Shown piece by piece: positions 18,455 through 27,663 of a stretch of DNA of 64,000 nt. Position 1 is the first letter of the stretch. Each line of letters begins with the position of its first letter. The translations under genes and the position numbers were made by a program. The notes under the pieces are model-generated. The model was given only the letters and a program-made list of their open reading frames with translations, made no database searches and was not told the DNA's origin. The DNA comes from Alphaproteobacteria bacterium (GTDB taxonomy: Bacteria; Pseudomonadota; Alphaproteobacteria; GCA-2731375), in the NCBI GenBank assembly GCA_965225945.1, contig CBDDBZ010000033.1, forward strand, positions 1-64,000, read 5' to 3'.

Positions 18455-19208
18455 CTTGCCTATCCGGTTATCACCCACACCCACTATATGTAGTGTGCAC
18501 CCATTTTCCTGAGTAAAGCTCGGTGCAGGTCGAAGCGGAGATATCTCCGGCGATGCCGAGCAGGGACTCGGACGGCATTGTAGCGCCTTTTAGGCGACAC
18601 TTTAGCGTGGTGGAAATCCTAATCATTGAGTCGGATTTGGCAAAATGCCACGTTGCATAAAGGACCGTCACTTCATTGAAATTTATCTGAAATCGGAGGT
18701 GAACGACACCGATGGAATATTCCAGAAATCAGAGCTTCATTGAATTGTAGGATTCGAGTGCCAGATTATTCACAAATAGCTCTGTGAACTGGTTTTCAAG
18801 TTCGCTCAATACGTCATATGAAGTAAACGGATCGAGGATCACGTTCTTGCGTGTCGCTTCGTCTTCGCTGCGACTCAAAACGCGCAGGAGACTAACAGGC
18901 GCGGACGGGTTCTTCGCAACGATTCGTGCCAGCGCGTCGCTTTCTTCGACTAGTGCCGTCAATCGCTCAGACGATGTCGTTTCATCAGCAGCTTCCCGTC
19001 TGGCCGTGGGTTTCTTCGTTTTTCCCTTGGTCGCCACCGTTCCGTCCCCCGATGTTAAGTACGTGACGTGAATTAAACTCCGGTTCGGTTTTCAGAACAA
19101 TCAAGAATTAGCCGGATCGCCTCCTCAATGCGCCTGCGCCGGCCCTTGCCTGCAGTCCAAGGAGACACACTACATATAGTGGGTGTGGGTGATAACCGGA
19201 TAGGCAAG
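18455..19208 (-). mobile_element. Transposase-less cassette, copy 4 (754 bp)
   Basis: Same TIRs; duplication GATCAAGC (18447-18454, 19209-19216). Confidence 0.92.
18729..19037 (-). CDS. 102-aa LRV/HEAT-like passenger protein, copy 4
   Basis: Two substitutions relative to the other copies (LNP>LDP, NPA>NLA). Confidence 0.62.
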   Translation of the reverse strand: MATKGKTKKPTARREAADETTSSERLTALVEESDALARIVAKNPSAPVSLLRVLSRSEDEATRKNVILDPFTSYDVLSELENQFTELFVNNLALESYNSMKL

Positions 19209-20669
19209 GATCAAGCCCAAATCGGCGCCGGAACCCGCCGCCGCGCCGGAAGACGCGGGCGGTGCGCCCGCCGCGGCGGTACCGGCGATCACCCCCTCGA
19301 CGGCGCCCGCCGAGACCAGTCGCGGCGGCGGCCGTCCCTCCACTAGTCCCGCGATCTCCGGCGGCGAAGACCGCTACGTGGACATTAAAACCAACGTCTT
19401 CACGGCGCTGGTGGAAGCTGTCGATCTGACCGAGCTGGGTAAGTGGAGTTCCGCTCAGGTTCGCGAGGAAATTACCGACATCGTCGGCGAAATCATCGCG
19501 ATGCAGAATCAGGTTCTGAGCGCGATCGAGCAGCAGAAACTAATCAACGATATCTGCAACGATGTCCTCGGTCTCGGACCGCTGGAGCCGTTGTTGGGGC
19601 GCGACGACATCGCCGACATCATGGTCAACGGCTCCAGTCAGGTCTACATCGAAGTCGAGGGCCAGATGGAGACTACGGACATCAGCTTCCGTGACAATGC
19701 TCAGCTGATGAACATCTGTCAGCGTATCGTCGGTGCCGTCGGGCGTCGCGTGGACGAGGCGAGCCCGATCTGCGATGCCCGTCTGGCCGACGGTTCGCGC
19801 GTCAACGTCATCGCGCCGCCGCTGGCGATCGACGGGCCGTGCCTGACGATTCGGAAGTTCAAGAAGGACAAGCTCACGCTCAACAGCCTCGTCCAATTCG
19901 GCTCGATCACGCCGGATGGGGCGAAGCTGCTGCAGGTCATCGGCGCCTGCCGTCTCAACACCCTGGTCTCCGGTGGCACCGGATCGGGCAAGACGACGTT
20001 GCTGAACGCCCTGACCGGCTTCATCGAGCTTTCGGAACGGACGATCACCTGCGAGGATTCGGCGGAACTTCAGTTGCAGCAACCGCACGTGGTGCGGCTG
20101 GAGACGCGGCCCCCGAACCTGGAAGGCATGGGCGAGGTCACGATGCGCGATCTGGTCAAGAACTGCCTCAGGATGCGCCCTGAACGCATCATTGTGGGCG
20201 AGGTGCGCGGGCCCGAGGCCTTCGATCTGTTGCAGGCGATGAACACCGGCCACGACGGTTCCATGAGCACCGTCCACGCCAACAATCCGCGCGAGGCGAT
20301 AAGCCGGATCGAGAACATGGTGGCGATGGGCGGGTTCAATCTGCCCGCCAAGACAGTGCGCGAGCAGATCGCCAGCGCGCTCAACGTCATCGTACAGGCG
20401 GCGCGACTACGCGACGGGTCGCGCAAGATCACCCATGTGACGGAGGTCGTGGGCATGGAGGGTGACGTTGTCACCTTGCAGGATCTTCTGGTATATGAAA
20501 TCGAAGGTGAGGACGAAGACGGCAAGCTGATCGGGCAACATCGCCCGACCGGCTTGCGGCCCGCGTTTTGGGATCGTGCTCGTTATTTCGGCCGGGAACG
20601 GTTGCTCGCGGAAGCCCTCGGCATGTAGCGCGGGCGGTCGGGCCGACCGATTTGGGACGGAGAATCGCC

Positions 20670-21674
20670 ATGGATCAAGATCTTTTGGTTATCGTCATCG
20701 GTGGCGGTGGCGCCTTGACGATGTCCTTGCTGCTGTTTCTTGCCTTTGCCCCGAGAATGGGCAACCGTGCCAAGACCAAGCGGCGGGTGTCCTTGATCAC
20801 GGAGGGCGGTGATCGGCGCTCGCGCGCAGGTCGGCGCGACAAGCAGAAAAGTCGCCAGAAGGACATTCAGCAGCGACTGCGCGACGCGGAAAGCTCGAAA
20901 AAGAAGGAAAAAACCTTTGTCCAACGCTATCGCAAAATGTTGCGGTCGGCCGGGTTCTCTATATCCCTGCAGCAATTCTTGCTCATTTGCACAGTGCTGT
21001 GCCTGGGCAGTGCGATCGGCTATCTGGGCCTGGCCTATCTCTTCGATCTCAAGGCGGTGGTGACGATCCCGTTCGCCATCACCATCGGCTTCGGGCTTCC
21101 GTTGTACTACGTGAAGTGGAAGGGCAAACGTCGGGTCAATCGCTTTACCCTGTTGTTCGCCGATGCCATCGACGTCATCGTTCGCGGCGTCAGGTCCGGC
21201 CTGCCGATCGGCGAGTGCCTCAACATGATCGCGCGCGAGAGCCCTGAGCCCGTCGGCGGCGTGTTCCGAGAGATCGTCGAGGCCCAAAAGCTCGGCGTGA
21301 CGGTCGAGCAGGCGCTGGCCCGCGCTCAGGAGACGATGCCGACGAACGAGCTCAGGTTCTTCTCCATCGTCTTGACGATCCAGTCGCAGACCGGCGGTAA
21401 CTTGGCGGAGACGCTGTCGAACCTGACTTCCGTGTTGAGGGCGCGCAAGAAGATGCGGGACAAGGTTCAAGCCTTGTCTTCGGAAGCCAAGACCTCGGCG
21501 ATGATCATCGGCGCGCTGCCGCCCCTCATCATGGCTATCCTGTGCCTGGTCAATTTCGAATATATCAGCCTGCTCTTCACCGAGGATCTCGGCAACGTCC
21601 TCATCCTGGCAAGTATGATCTGGATGGCGATGGGCGTTTTCATCATGCGTCAGATGATCAACTTCGACTTCTAG
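20670..21674 (+). CDS. tadB: TadB (T2SSF family)
   Basis: FADAIDVIVRGVRSGLP, IQSQTGGNLAETLSNL, ALSSEAKTSA. Confidence 0.92.
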   Translation: MDQDLLVIVIGGGGALTMSLLLFLAFAPRMGNRAKTKRRVSLITEGGDRRSRAGRRDKQKSRQKDIQQRLRDAESSKKKEKTFVQRYRKMLRSAGFSISLQQFLLICTVLCLGSAIGYLGLAYLFDLKAVVTIPFAITIGFGLPLYYVKWKGKRRVNRFTLLFADAIDVIVRGVRSGLPIGECLNMIARESPEPVGGVFREIVEAQKLGVTVEQALARAQETMPTNELRFFSIVLTIQSQTGGNLAETLSNLTSVLRARKKMRDKVQALSSEAKTSAMIIGALPPLIMAILCLVNFEYISLLFTEDLGNVLILASMIWMAMGVFIMRQMINFDF

Positions 21675-21689
21675 GCGGGAGGGTTTATC

Positions 21690-22661
21690 ATGGAAGCCTT
21701 AATCGATCCGGCCAATATCATCATGGTCATCGCCGGCGTCGGCTCGTTCTTGACCATCCTCGCCTTCGGGATGCCGATCGTCGCCCGCGACAATTTCAAC
21801 TCGCGCCTCAAGGCGGTCGCTGAACGGCGCGAGCAGCTTCAGGCCAACGCCAACCTGAAGAAGGAGGAATCTTTCCGCACGCGCCTGCGCCAGGAGCAGA
21901 GCAAGAACTTCATGCGCCTGGTGGTCGACCGCTCCAAGTTGCTGAACGAAGATCGCAGCCGGTCCATGCGTAACAAGTTGGCGCAGGCCGGGCTTCGCGG
22001 TCAGGGACCGCTCTACACCTATGCGTTTTTCCTCTTGATCGGTCCGCTGATTGCCGCCGTCGTCACGGCGATCTATATCTTCGTGCTGGCGCGCCCCGAT
22101 TGGGGTCTCGCGGTGAAGCTGATGGTCGTCGCCGGCGCAGGCCTGATCGGCCATTTTTTGCCGAAGATCCTGCTCGCCAATAAGATCAAGAAGCGGCAGC
22201 TAGTGATTTCCTGGGCGTATCCGGATGCGCTCGACCTCCTCGTCATCTGCGTCGAGTCGGGCTTGTCGATCGAGGCCGGCTTCAACCGTGTCGCCGAGGA
22301 GTTCGACGAGACCTGCCCGGCGCTTGCCGAAGAGATGGGATTGACCACGGCGGAAATGGCTTTCCTCCCGGATCGGAAGGCCGCGCTCGATAACCTTTAC
22401 AATCGGACGGGCTTGGCGTCGATCAAGTCGCTGGTCACGGCGCTGATCCAGTCGGAGACTTATGGTACACCCGTCGCGGTCGCCCTCCGGGTTCAATCGA
22501 ACAAGTCGCGCGAGGAGCGAATGTCCAAGGCGGAAAAAAAGGCAGGCTCCCTGCCGGCGCAGCTCACGGTGCCGATGATCGTCTTCTTCCTGCCGGTGAT
22601 CTTCATCGTCATCCTGGGACCGGCGGTTATCATGACGCTCGAAACCTTCTCGAACAGGTGA
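21690..22661 (+). CDS. tadC: TadC (T2SSF family)
   Basis: PDALDLLVICVESGLSIE, ALIQSETYGTP, LTVPMIVFFLP. Confidence 0.93.
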   Translation: MEALIDPANIIMVIAGVGSFLTILAFGMPIVARDNFNSRLKAVAERREQLQANANLKKEESFRTRLRQEQSKNFMRLVVDRSKLLNEDRSRSMRNKLAQAGLRGQGPLYTYAFFLLIGPLIAAVVTAIYIFVLARPDWGLAVKLMVVAGAGLIGHFLPKILLANKIKKRQLVISWAYPDALDLLVICVESGLSIEAGFNRVAEEFDETCPALAEEMGLTTAEMAFLPDRKAALDNLYNRTGLASIKSLVTALIQSETYGTPVAVALRVQSNKSREERMSKAEKKAGSLPAQLTVPMIVFFLPVIFIVILGPAVIMTLETFSNR

Positions 22662-22788
22662 CGAACCGAGGCCGGCGCGCCGCCGAGGCTCTCGCCTTGA
22701 CCGCGCTGGATGGCCAAAACCGATCGGCCCGCAACGCGGCGCCATGATGCTCGGGCGAGGGAGGGGGCGTGGCGAAACGCCTCGGCGA

Positions 22789-24636
22789 TCAGCGTCGGCG
22801 CAGAACCAGGCAACCGACTTCCCGGCTCTTGAACTTGCGGCAAACCTCGGCCGCGGCGACGCGAGACGCAAACGGCGCCGTCATCACGCGGAAGTAGTCG
22901 CCAACCTCGGGAAGGGTCACCGCCATGATGCCGAGTTCGACCTTTCCCAGAATGTCGCCGTGGCTGGTCTGTAGAATTTGAATGCCTTTGTTGGCGTCGT
23001 CTCGGTTGCGATAACTGCCGAGTTGGACGCGGAAGACTGAGGCGTCTCGCCCGGAGCTCGCGCTCGAGGCCGGAGTCGTCGCCTCGTCGGTCCGGCCTCG
23101 GGCGGCGAATTCCTTCTTTTCGGCCGTCGTGGCGTCGCCACCCCTCTCGCCGGCCCTCGCCTCGGTCGGAGATGATGGTGGCGGGGTCGTGGTCTCCGAT
23201 TTCACCGGCGGCGTGCGCGCGATGGGGGCACCGTCGGCCTTGGAAGACGCGTCTGGGGTGCTGTCCGTCTCGCTCAAACCCCACGCGGGCGCGGCGGGCC
23301 TGGCGGCGACGGTGGCGGGTTCGTCGACTTGGTCGCTAAGCATTGCCGCGAGCGGCGTACGTGGCGGCACTTCGGTCCGCTCCGATTCCGTCGACGCCGC
23401 CGATTTCTCGCTTCGGGTCTCTGGCGCGGACTGGGTCTCGCGCGCTCCCGCTTCGGCCGGTGGCTTCTCGCGGATCTCGGATTCGCCCCTGGGCGAGGTC
23501 GCGGCGGCGAGGTCCTGGACTTGGCTGTCGGTCTCTGTCGGCGGTGATCGGTCGAGCGCGGTATCGCTCGGCGCCGTCGGCGCCGAGGGCGCGGATGGCT
23601 CGACCCGCACATCTCCGGGCGACGGCCGCGATTTGGTTTTCCTCGGCGCCGTCTCGGCGCTGGAAACCTCCGTTCCGGGCGCCGCCTCGCGCATGCCGGG
23701 CGGTGGCGGCGGTACGATTGGCGTTACCTTGACGCCGTGGGAAGGACTCGTGGCCAGAACATCGCGGGCGGGGATGTCGCCTTTCGACACTTGCAGCGTG
23801 ACGATATTCGTGCCGGACCTGGACGACGGCCCCGACGGCTTCACCGGGACCGCAACCGGCTCACCTCGACTATTTCTGGAGAGCCAGCGGTAGTACAGCA
23901 TGTTGTCGTTCGCGGTCTGCTCGTCGAGGTCGCGTCTGACCAGTTGCTCGGCGGAATCGATGCGACCCTTCGCCGCATAGAGCAATGCCAGATTCTGCCG
24001 CACGTGCGCGGTGGCGTCGGGCATCGAAGCGGCTTTCTCCAGGATGGCGATAGCTTCGTCCAGCTTGCCGATCTGTGCCTTGGACAACGCCATGTTGTTC
24101 AAGACGACGGGATTGGTCGCGTTCTGCTTGAGAGCGAACTGGTAACGTCGCGCCGCTTGATCGTACATGCCGATGCGGTCATAGGCGACGCCGAGGGCCG
24201 AATCCACGCGCCAGTCGCCCGGTTGCAGCGCGCCCGAGCGAGAAAGTGAATCGATCGCGGCCATGGGGTCGCCGTCGGCGAGCTGCGCCTTGCCGAGTTC
24301 GGCGAGGATATCCGGATTGCGCTTGTGCGCTTCCAGGCCGCGCTCGTCGATCGCGATCGCCTCCTTCGGCCTGCCCACGTTTCGAAGCGCGCGCGAGAGG
24401 CCCAGGATCGTGACGAGATTCGTCTTGTCGCGCTTGTAGGCCGATCGGTAGTGGGAGAGCGCGCCCAGATAATCGCCTCTTTGCTCGGCGCTCGCCGCCG
24501 CATCCCGCAGCGTCGCGTCCACCCGCTCGCTGAAGCTGGCGACCTTCTGTTGCTCCGCGTTTTGTTGCTGCGTCGCCTGGCAGGCCGTCACCGCGAGCGA
24601 AGTCGCGAGAAGCGCGAAGCCTCCGAGAATTCGCAT
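22789..24636 (-). CDS. TadD-like TPR lipoprotein with low-complexity linker and C-terminal SPOR domain
   Basis: LAVTAC lipobox; TPRs (SALGVAYDRIG, VLNNMALS, VRQNLALLY); C-terminal FRVQLGSYRN..YFRVMTAPF..C..C. Confidence 0.8.
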   Translation of the reverse strand: MRILGGFALLATSLAVTACQATQQQNAEQQKVASFSERVDATLRDAAASAEQRGDYLGALSHYRSAYKRDKTNLVTILGLSRALRNVGRPKEAIAIDERGLEAHKRNPDILAELGKAQLADGDPMAAIDSLSRSGALQPGDWRVDSALGVAYDRIGMYDQAARRYQFALKQNATNPVVLNNMALSKAQIGKLDEAIAILEKAASMPDATAHVRQNLALLYAAKGRIDSAEQLVRRDLDEQTANDNMLYYRWLSRNSRGEPVAVPVKPSGPSSRSGTNIVTLQVSKGDIPARDVLATSPSHGVKVTPIVPPPPPGMREAAPGTEVSSAETAPRKTKSRPSPGDVRVEPSAPSAPTAPSDTALDRSPPTETDSQVQDLAAATSPRGESEIREKPPAEAGARETQSAPETRSEKSAASTESERTEVPPRTPLAAMLSDQVDEPATVAARPAAPAWGLSETDSTPDASSKADGAPIARTPPVKSETTTPPPSSPTEARAGERGGDATTAEKKEFAARGRTDEATTPASSASSGRDASVFRVQLGSYRNRDDANKGIQILQTSHGDILGKVELGIMAVTLPEVGDYFRVMTAPFASRVAAAEVCRKFKSREVGCLVLRRR

Positions 24637-24668
24637 GTGAGCTCCCCCGGGCGCTGAATCCCAACATC

Positions 24669-24713
24669 ACGGCGCCACCCCGGGCGTCACGAAGGCGCCC
24701 GGGGTGGCGCCGT
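24669..24713. repeat. 18-bp perfect inverted repeat (hairpin) upstream of the TPR-SPOR gene
   Basis: acggcgccaccccgggcg / cgcccggggtggcgccgt. Confidence 0.8.
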
Positions 24714-24902
24714 CGCGGAACCGGCTCAAATCGTCTTGCGCGCCACGCTCTCTCTCGCCATGCAATCGGCCGGCGCGATCGAAGTCTTCACCGTTCCCAT
24801 GTGTGTCCTATTACACACGCTCGACCATCTGCCAAGCCTTTATTGAAAATCGACATGCTCAATACCGTTGTCTATTGATTCGCATCCGAATATGGTAAGG
24901 AT

Positions 24903-24942
24903 TCAATATGGTTATTCGGAAGTCAATATGGTTATTCGGAAG
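24903..24942. repeat. 20-bp exact tandem duplication in a divergent intergenic region
   Basis: tcaatatggttattcggaag x2. Confidence 0.9.
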
Positions 24943-24957
24943 TACTGTGAGCCGACC

Positions 24958-25521
24958 ATGACTCGCCTCCGCGCTATCTCGGGAATTCTCGCGCTCCTCG
25001 GCGCGGTGTTTCTATTTACGACCTCGGCCCTGGCTCAATCCGGTGATCCCATCAAGGTTGTTGTCGGCAAGACGACCTTGCTCCGGCTGGAAGCGCGGCC
25101 CGAGGTGATTTTCATCGGTAATCCCGCCTATGTCGACATCATCATCGAGCGGAACGACGTGGCCTTTCTGATCGGCCGTCAGACCGGCGAGACCAGTATG
25201 CATCTGCTCGATAGCGAGGGCGAAACGCTGATGCACGTGCCGATCGTCGTGGTGCCGGAGGAAGAGCGCCACGTAACGCTGTCGCGTGGTCGGGCCGAGA
25301 CGACGTTCAGCTGCAACCCGCGCTGCGCGGGCGTGCCCAATCCGCATGCGGCCGGCGCCTCGATCGCGCGCGGTCAGCAGACCATCGCCCCCGCTGATGA
25401 GGGCGGTGGCCAGGCTCAGGATGCCGCCGCCGCCGCGGCCGCCGCCGCCGCCGTTGCCGCCACGCAGCAGCCGGCGCAAGACAGCGGACCCTCGCGCCCG
25501 CCTTGGGCGCCCGTCAACTGA
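24958..25521 (+). CDS. Pilus-formation N-terminal domain protein (T2SS-T3SS_pil_N-like), secreted
   Basis: Signal peptide; IFIGNPAYVDI, GRQTGETS, TFSCNPRC. Confidence 0.75.
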   Translation: MTRLRAISGILALLGAVFLFTTSALAQSGDPIKVVVGKTTLLRLEARPEVIFIGNPAYVDIIIERNDVAFLIGRQTGETSMHLLDSEGETLMHVPIVVVPEEERHVTLSRGRAETTFSCNPRCAGVPNPHAAGASIARGQQTIAPADEGGGQAQDAAAAAAAAAAVAATQQPAQDSGPSRPPWAPVN

Positions 25522-25690
25522 TGACGTCGGCGCCCGAGGGAGCGGCCGAAACGCGTGCGCCAAGTTGACGGGGTGAGGGCCCCGGCGCACGATCGGGCGG
25601 CGCCGCGCCTGCGTTGAATACAAGGGGAGGCGAGCCGATAGCGGTAACTCCTGGACAGGGGCGCGAGGCGGCGTTACGTGAGGGTGCGGA

Positions 25691-26551
25691 ATGAAGGTCC
25701 TCGTTGTCGATGCCGACCATTTGTTCGCGCGCCTATTGAAAACCAAGCTCGAGCGATGGGGTCACAGAGTGGTGGTGGAAGCCGACGGCGCCATCGCTTT
25801 CGAACGGATTCGCAAGGAACCGTTTCGCATGGTGATCCTCGATTGGGATCTCGATGGGATCGACGGCCCGGCGCTCTGCACCAAAATCCGCAGGCTGAGA
25901 CGGCCACGCTACACCTATATCATCATCTACACCGCCTATGGCGAGAAGGAAAACCTGATGGCGGGGCTAGAGGCCGGCGCCGACGCGTATCTCACCAAGC
26001 CCCTGAACACGATCGAGCTCAGGCTCCGGATGAAGAACGGCAAGCGGTTGCTCACTCTGGAGGACGAGCTTCGCGAGGGCGTGAGCCGCGACCGCGCCAC
26101 GGGCATCGTCAATCGCGCCAGCTTCGATCAGTTCTACCGGATCATTCTCTCCGACGCGATCAGGACCGGAAGCCAGGGGGCCCTGCTCTACGTCAAGGTG
26201 CACAACTACCATGAGGTCTACGAGCGCGAGGGTTATACGCCGGCCCAGAACATGATGATCGAGATCGCGCGCATCCTCTCCGTGGCGATCCGAGAGAGTG
26301 ATCTCGTCGCCCGCGTCGAGGACGACGAGTTCTGCGCCTTGCTCCAGAATACCTATTGGGACAAGTGCGAGCCCTTCGCGGCGCGCATTCACGAGGACCT
26401 CTCGGCCCTCGTCGTCTTCGGGGACGACGTCGAGATCACTCCGAAATTCTCAGTGAGCCTGGTCAATTACCCCATCGAGGGGATGGATTTCAACGACATT
26501 CTGACCAAGGCCGAACGCCTCCCCTTCGGTGAGGTCGCCCACGCGTCTTGA
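25691..26551 (+). CDS. Response regulator, REC plus degenerate GGDEF
   Basis: ILDWDL, GLEAGADAYLTKP, DRATGIVNR, RESDLVARVEDDEF. Confidence 0.85.
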   Translation: MKVLVVDADHLFARLLKTKLERWGHRVVVEADGAIAFERIRKEPFRMVILDWDLDGIDGPALCTKIRRLRRPRYTYIIIYTAYGEKENLMAGLEAGADAYLTKPLNTIELRLRMKNGKRLLTLEDELREGVSRDRATGIVNRASFDQFYRIILSDAIRTGSQGALLYVKVHNYHEVYEREGYTPAQNMMIEIARILSVAIRESDLVARVEDDEFCALLQNTYWDKCEPFAARIHEDLSALVVFGDDVEITPKFSVSLVNYPIEGMDFNDILTKAERLPFGEVAHAS

Positions 26552-26760
26552 CGCCTCGGCGTCGGCCGGCGCGCCGTTTTCGACGCCGACGACGGGACGG
26601 CGGGCGAGCCTGGTCAATTACCCCATCGAGGGGATGGATTTCAACGACATTCTGACCAAGGCCGAACGCCTCCCCTTCGGTGAGGTCGCCCACGCGTCTT
26701 GACGCCTCGGCGTCGGCCGGCGCGCCGTTTTCGACGCCGACGACGGGACGGCGGGCGAGC
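26455..26760. repeat. 151-bp exact tandem duplication of the regulator 3' end and downstream hairpin
   Basis: Units 26455-26605 and 26606-26756, bounded by GAGC microhomology. Confidence 0.92.
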
Positions 26761-26790
26761 TGAGCTCGGACTCGAGAGAGAAGAACCATC

Positions 26791-27651
26791 ATGCAAATCT
26801 GCGCCTTCTTCCCCACCCGCGAGATCGGCAACGATGCGGCCAAGATCCGTGATTGGGCCCAAGCCGCCGAGGATCTCGGCTATGCCTGGATCGACGTTCC
26901 CGACCACGTGCTGGGCGCCGATCCGAGTTCCCGCGAAGGCTGGAAGCCGCCTTACGATCACCTGGACGATTTTCACGAAACCTTCGTGACCATGACCTAT
27001 ATCGCCGCCCACACCAGCCGAATTGGCCTGGCCAGCGGCGTGCTGATCCTGCCGCAGCGCCAAGCGGCACTCGTGGCCAAGCAGGCGGCGGAACTCGATC
27101 TGCTTTCCGGCGAGCGGTTGCGTCTCGGCGTCGGCGTCGGTTGGAACTTCGTCGAATACGAGGCGCTGGGTGAGGACTGGTCGACCCGGGGCGCTCGCCA
27201 GGCGGAGCAGGTGGAATTGATGCGCCGGCTGTGGAGCGAACCCCTGGTCAGCTTCGAGGGACGCTTCCACCGGTTCCACGACGCCGCCATCAAGCCGAGA
27301 CCCCGCCGGTCGATCCCGATCTGGTTCGGCGGCACCTCGGAGCCGACGCTACGTCGCGCGGCGCGCCTGGGCGACGGCTGGATCCCGATCCTGCAGCCGG
27401 ACGAGGTCGCCAAGGCGAAGCTGGAGACGCTGCGTGGCCACCTCGCCGACGCGGGGCGCGCGGACGACGACTTCGGCATCGAGGCCTGGATTCGCGCCGA
27501 TGGACCGGACCCGCAAGGCTGGGCCGCGTCCCTCGACGGCTGGCGCGAAATGGGGGCGACGCTCGCCACGCTCTATCCCCTCTACGAGCTCGCCACGACG
27601 GAGGCGCAAATCGAGTTGCTGCGCCGCTTCGCCGAGGTCGCCGCCGGCTGA
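26791..27651 (+). CDS. LLM-class (luciferase-like, putative F420/flavin-dependent) oxidoreductase
   Basis: AQAAEDLGY..PDHVLG, LILPQRQAALVAKQAAELDLLSG, LGVGVGWN..EY. Confidence 0.88.
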   Translation: MQICAFFPTREIGNDAAKIRDWAQAAEDLGYAWIDVPDHVLGADPSSREGWKPPYDHLDDFHETFVTMTYIAAHTSRIGLASGVLILPQRQAALVAKQAAELDLLSGERLRLGVGVGWNFVEYEALGEDWSTRGARQAEQVELMRRLWSEPLVSFEGRFHRFHDAAIKPRPRRSIPIWFGGTSEPTLRRAARLGDGWIPILQPDEVAKAKLETLRGHLADAGRADDDFGIEAWIRADGPDPQGWAASLDGWREMGATLATLYPLYELATTEAQIELLRRFAEVAAG

Positions 27652-27663
27652 ACCGGCGGCGGG

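Larger units (their letters stand above)
18414..20628 (+). pseudogene. cpaF: CpaF/TadA ATPase disrupted near its 5' end; the ATPase core (19378-20628) remains open
   Basis: MFGKR start at 18414; cassette inserted at 18455-19208 plus a residual frameshift; downstream [43 protein letters not shown]. Confidence 0.9.

Noticed and set aside
25422-25461. GCC-rich run
   Set aside because: Encodes a poly-Ala linker in frame; no sign of a switch
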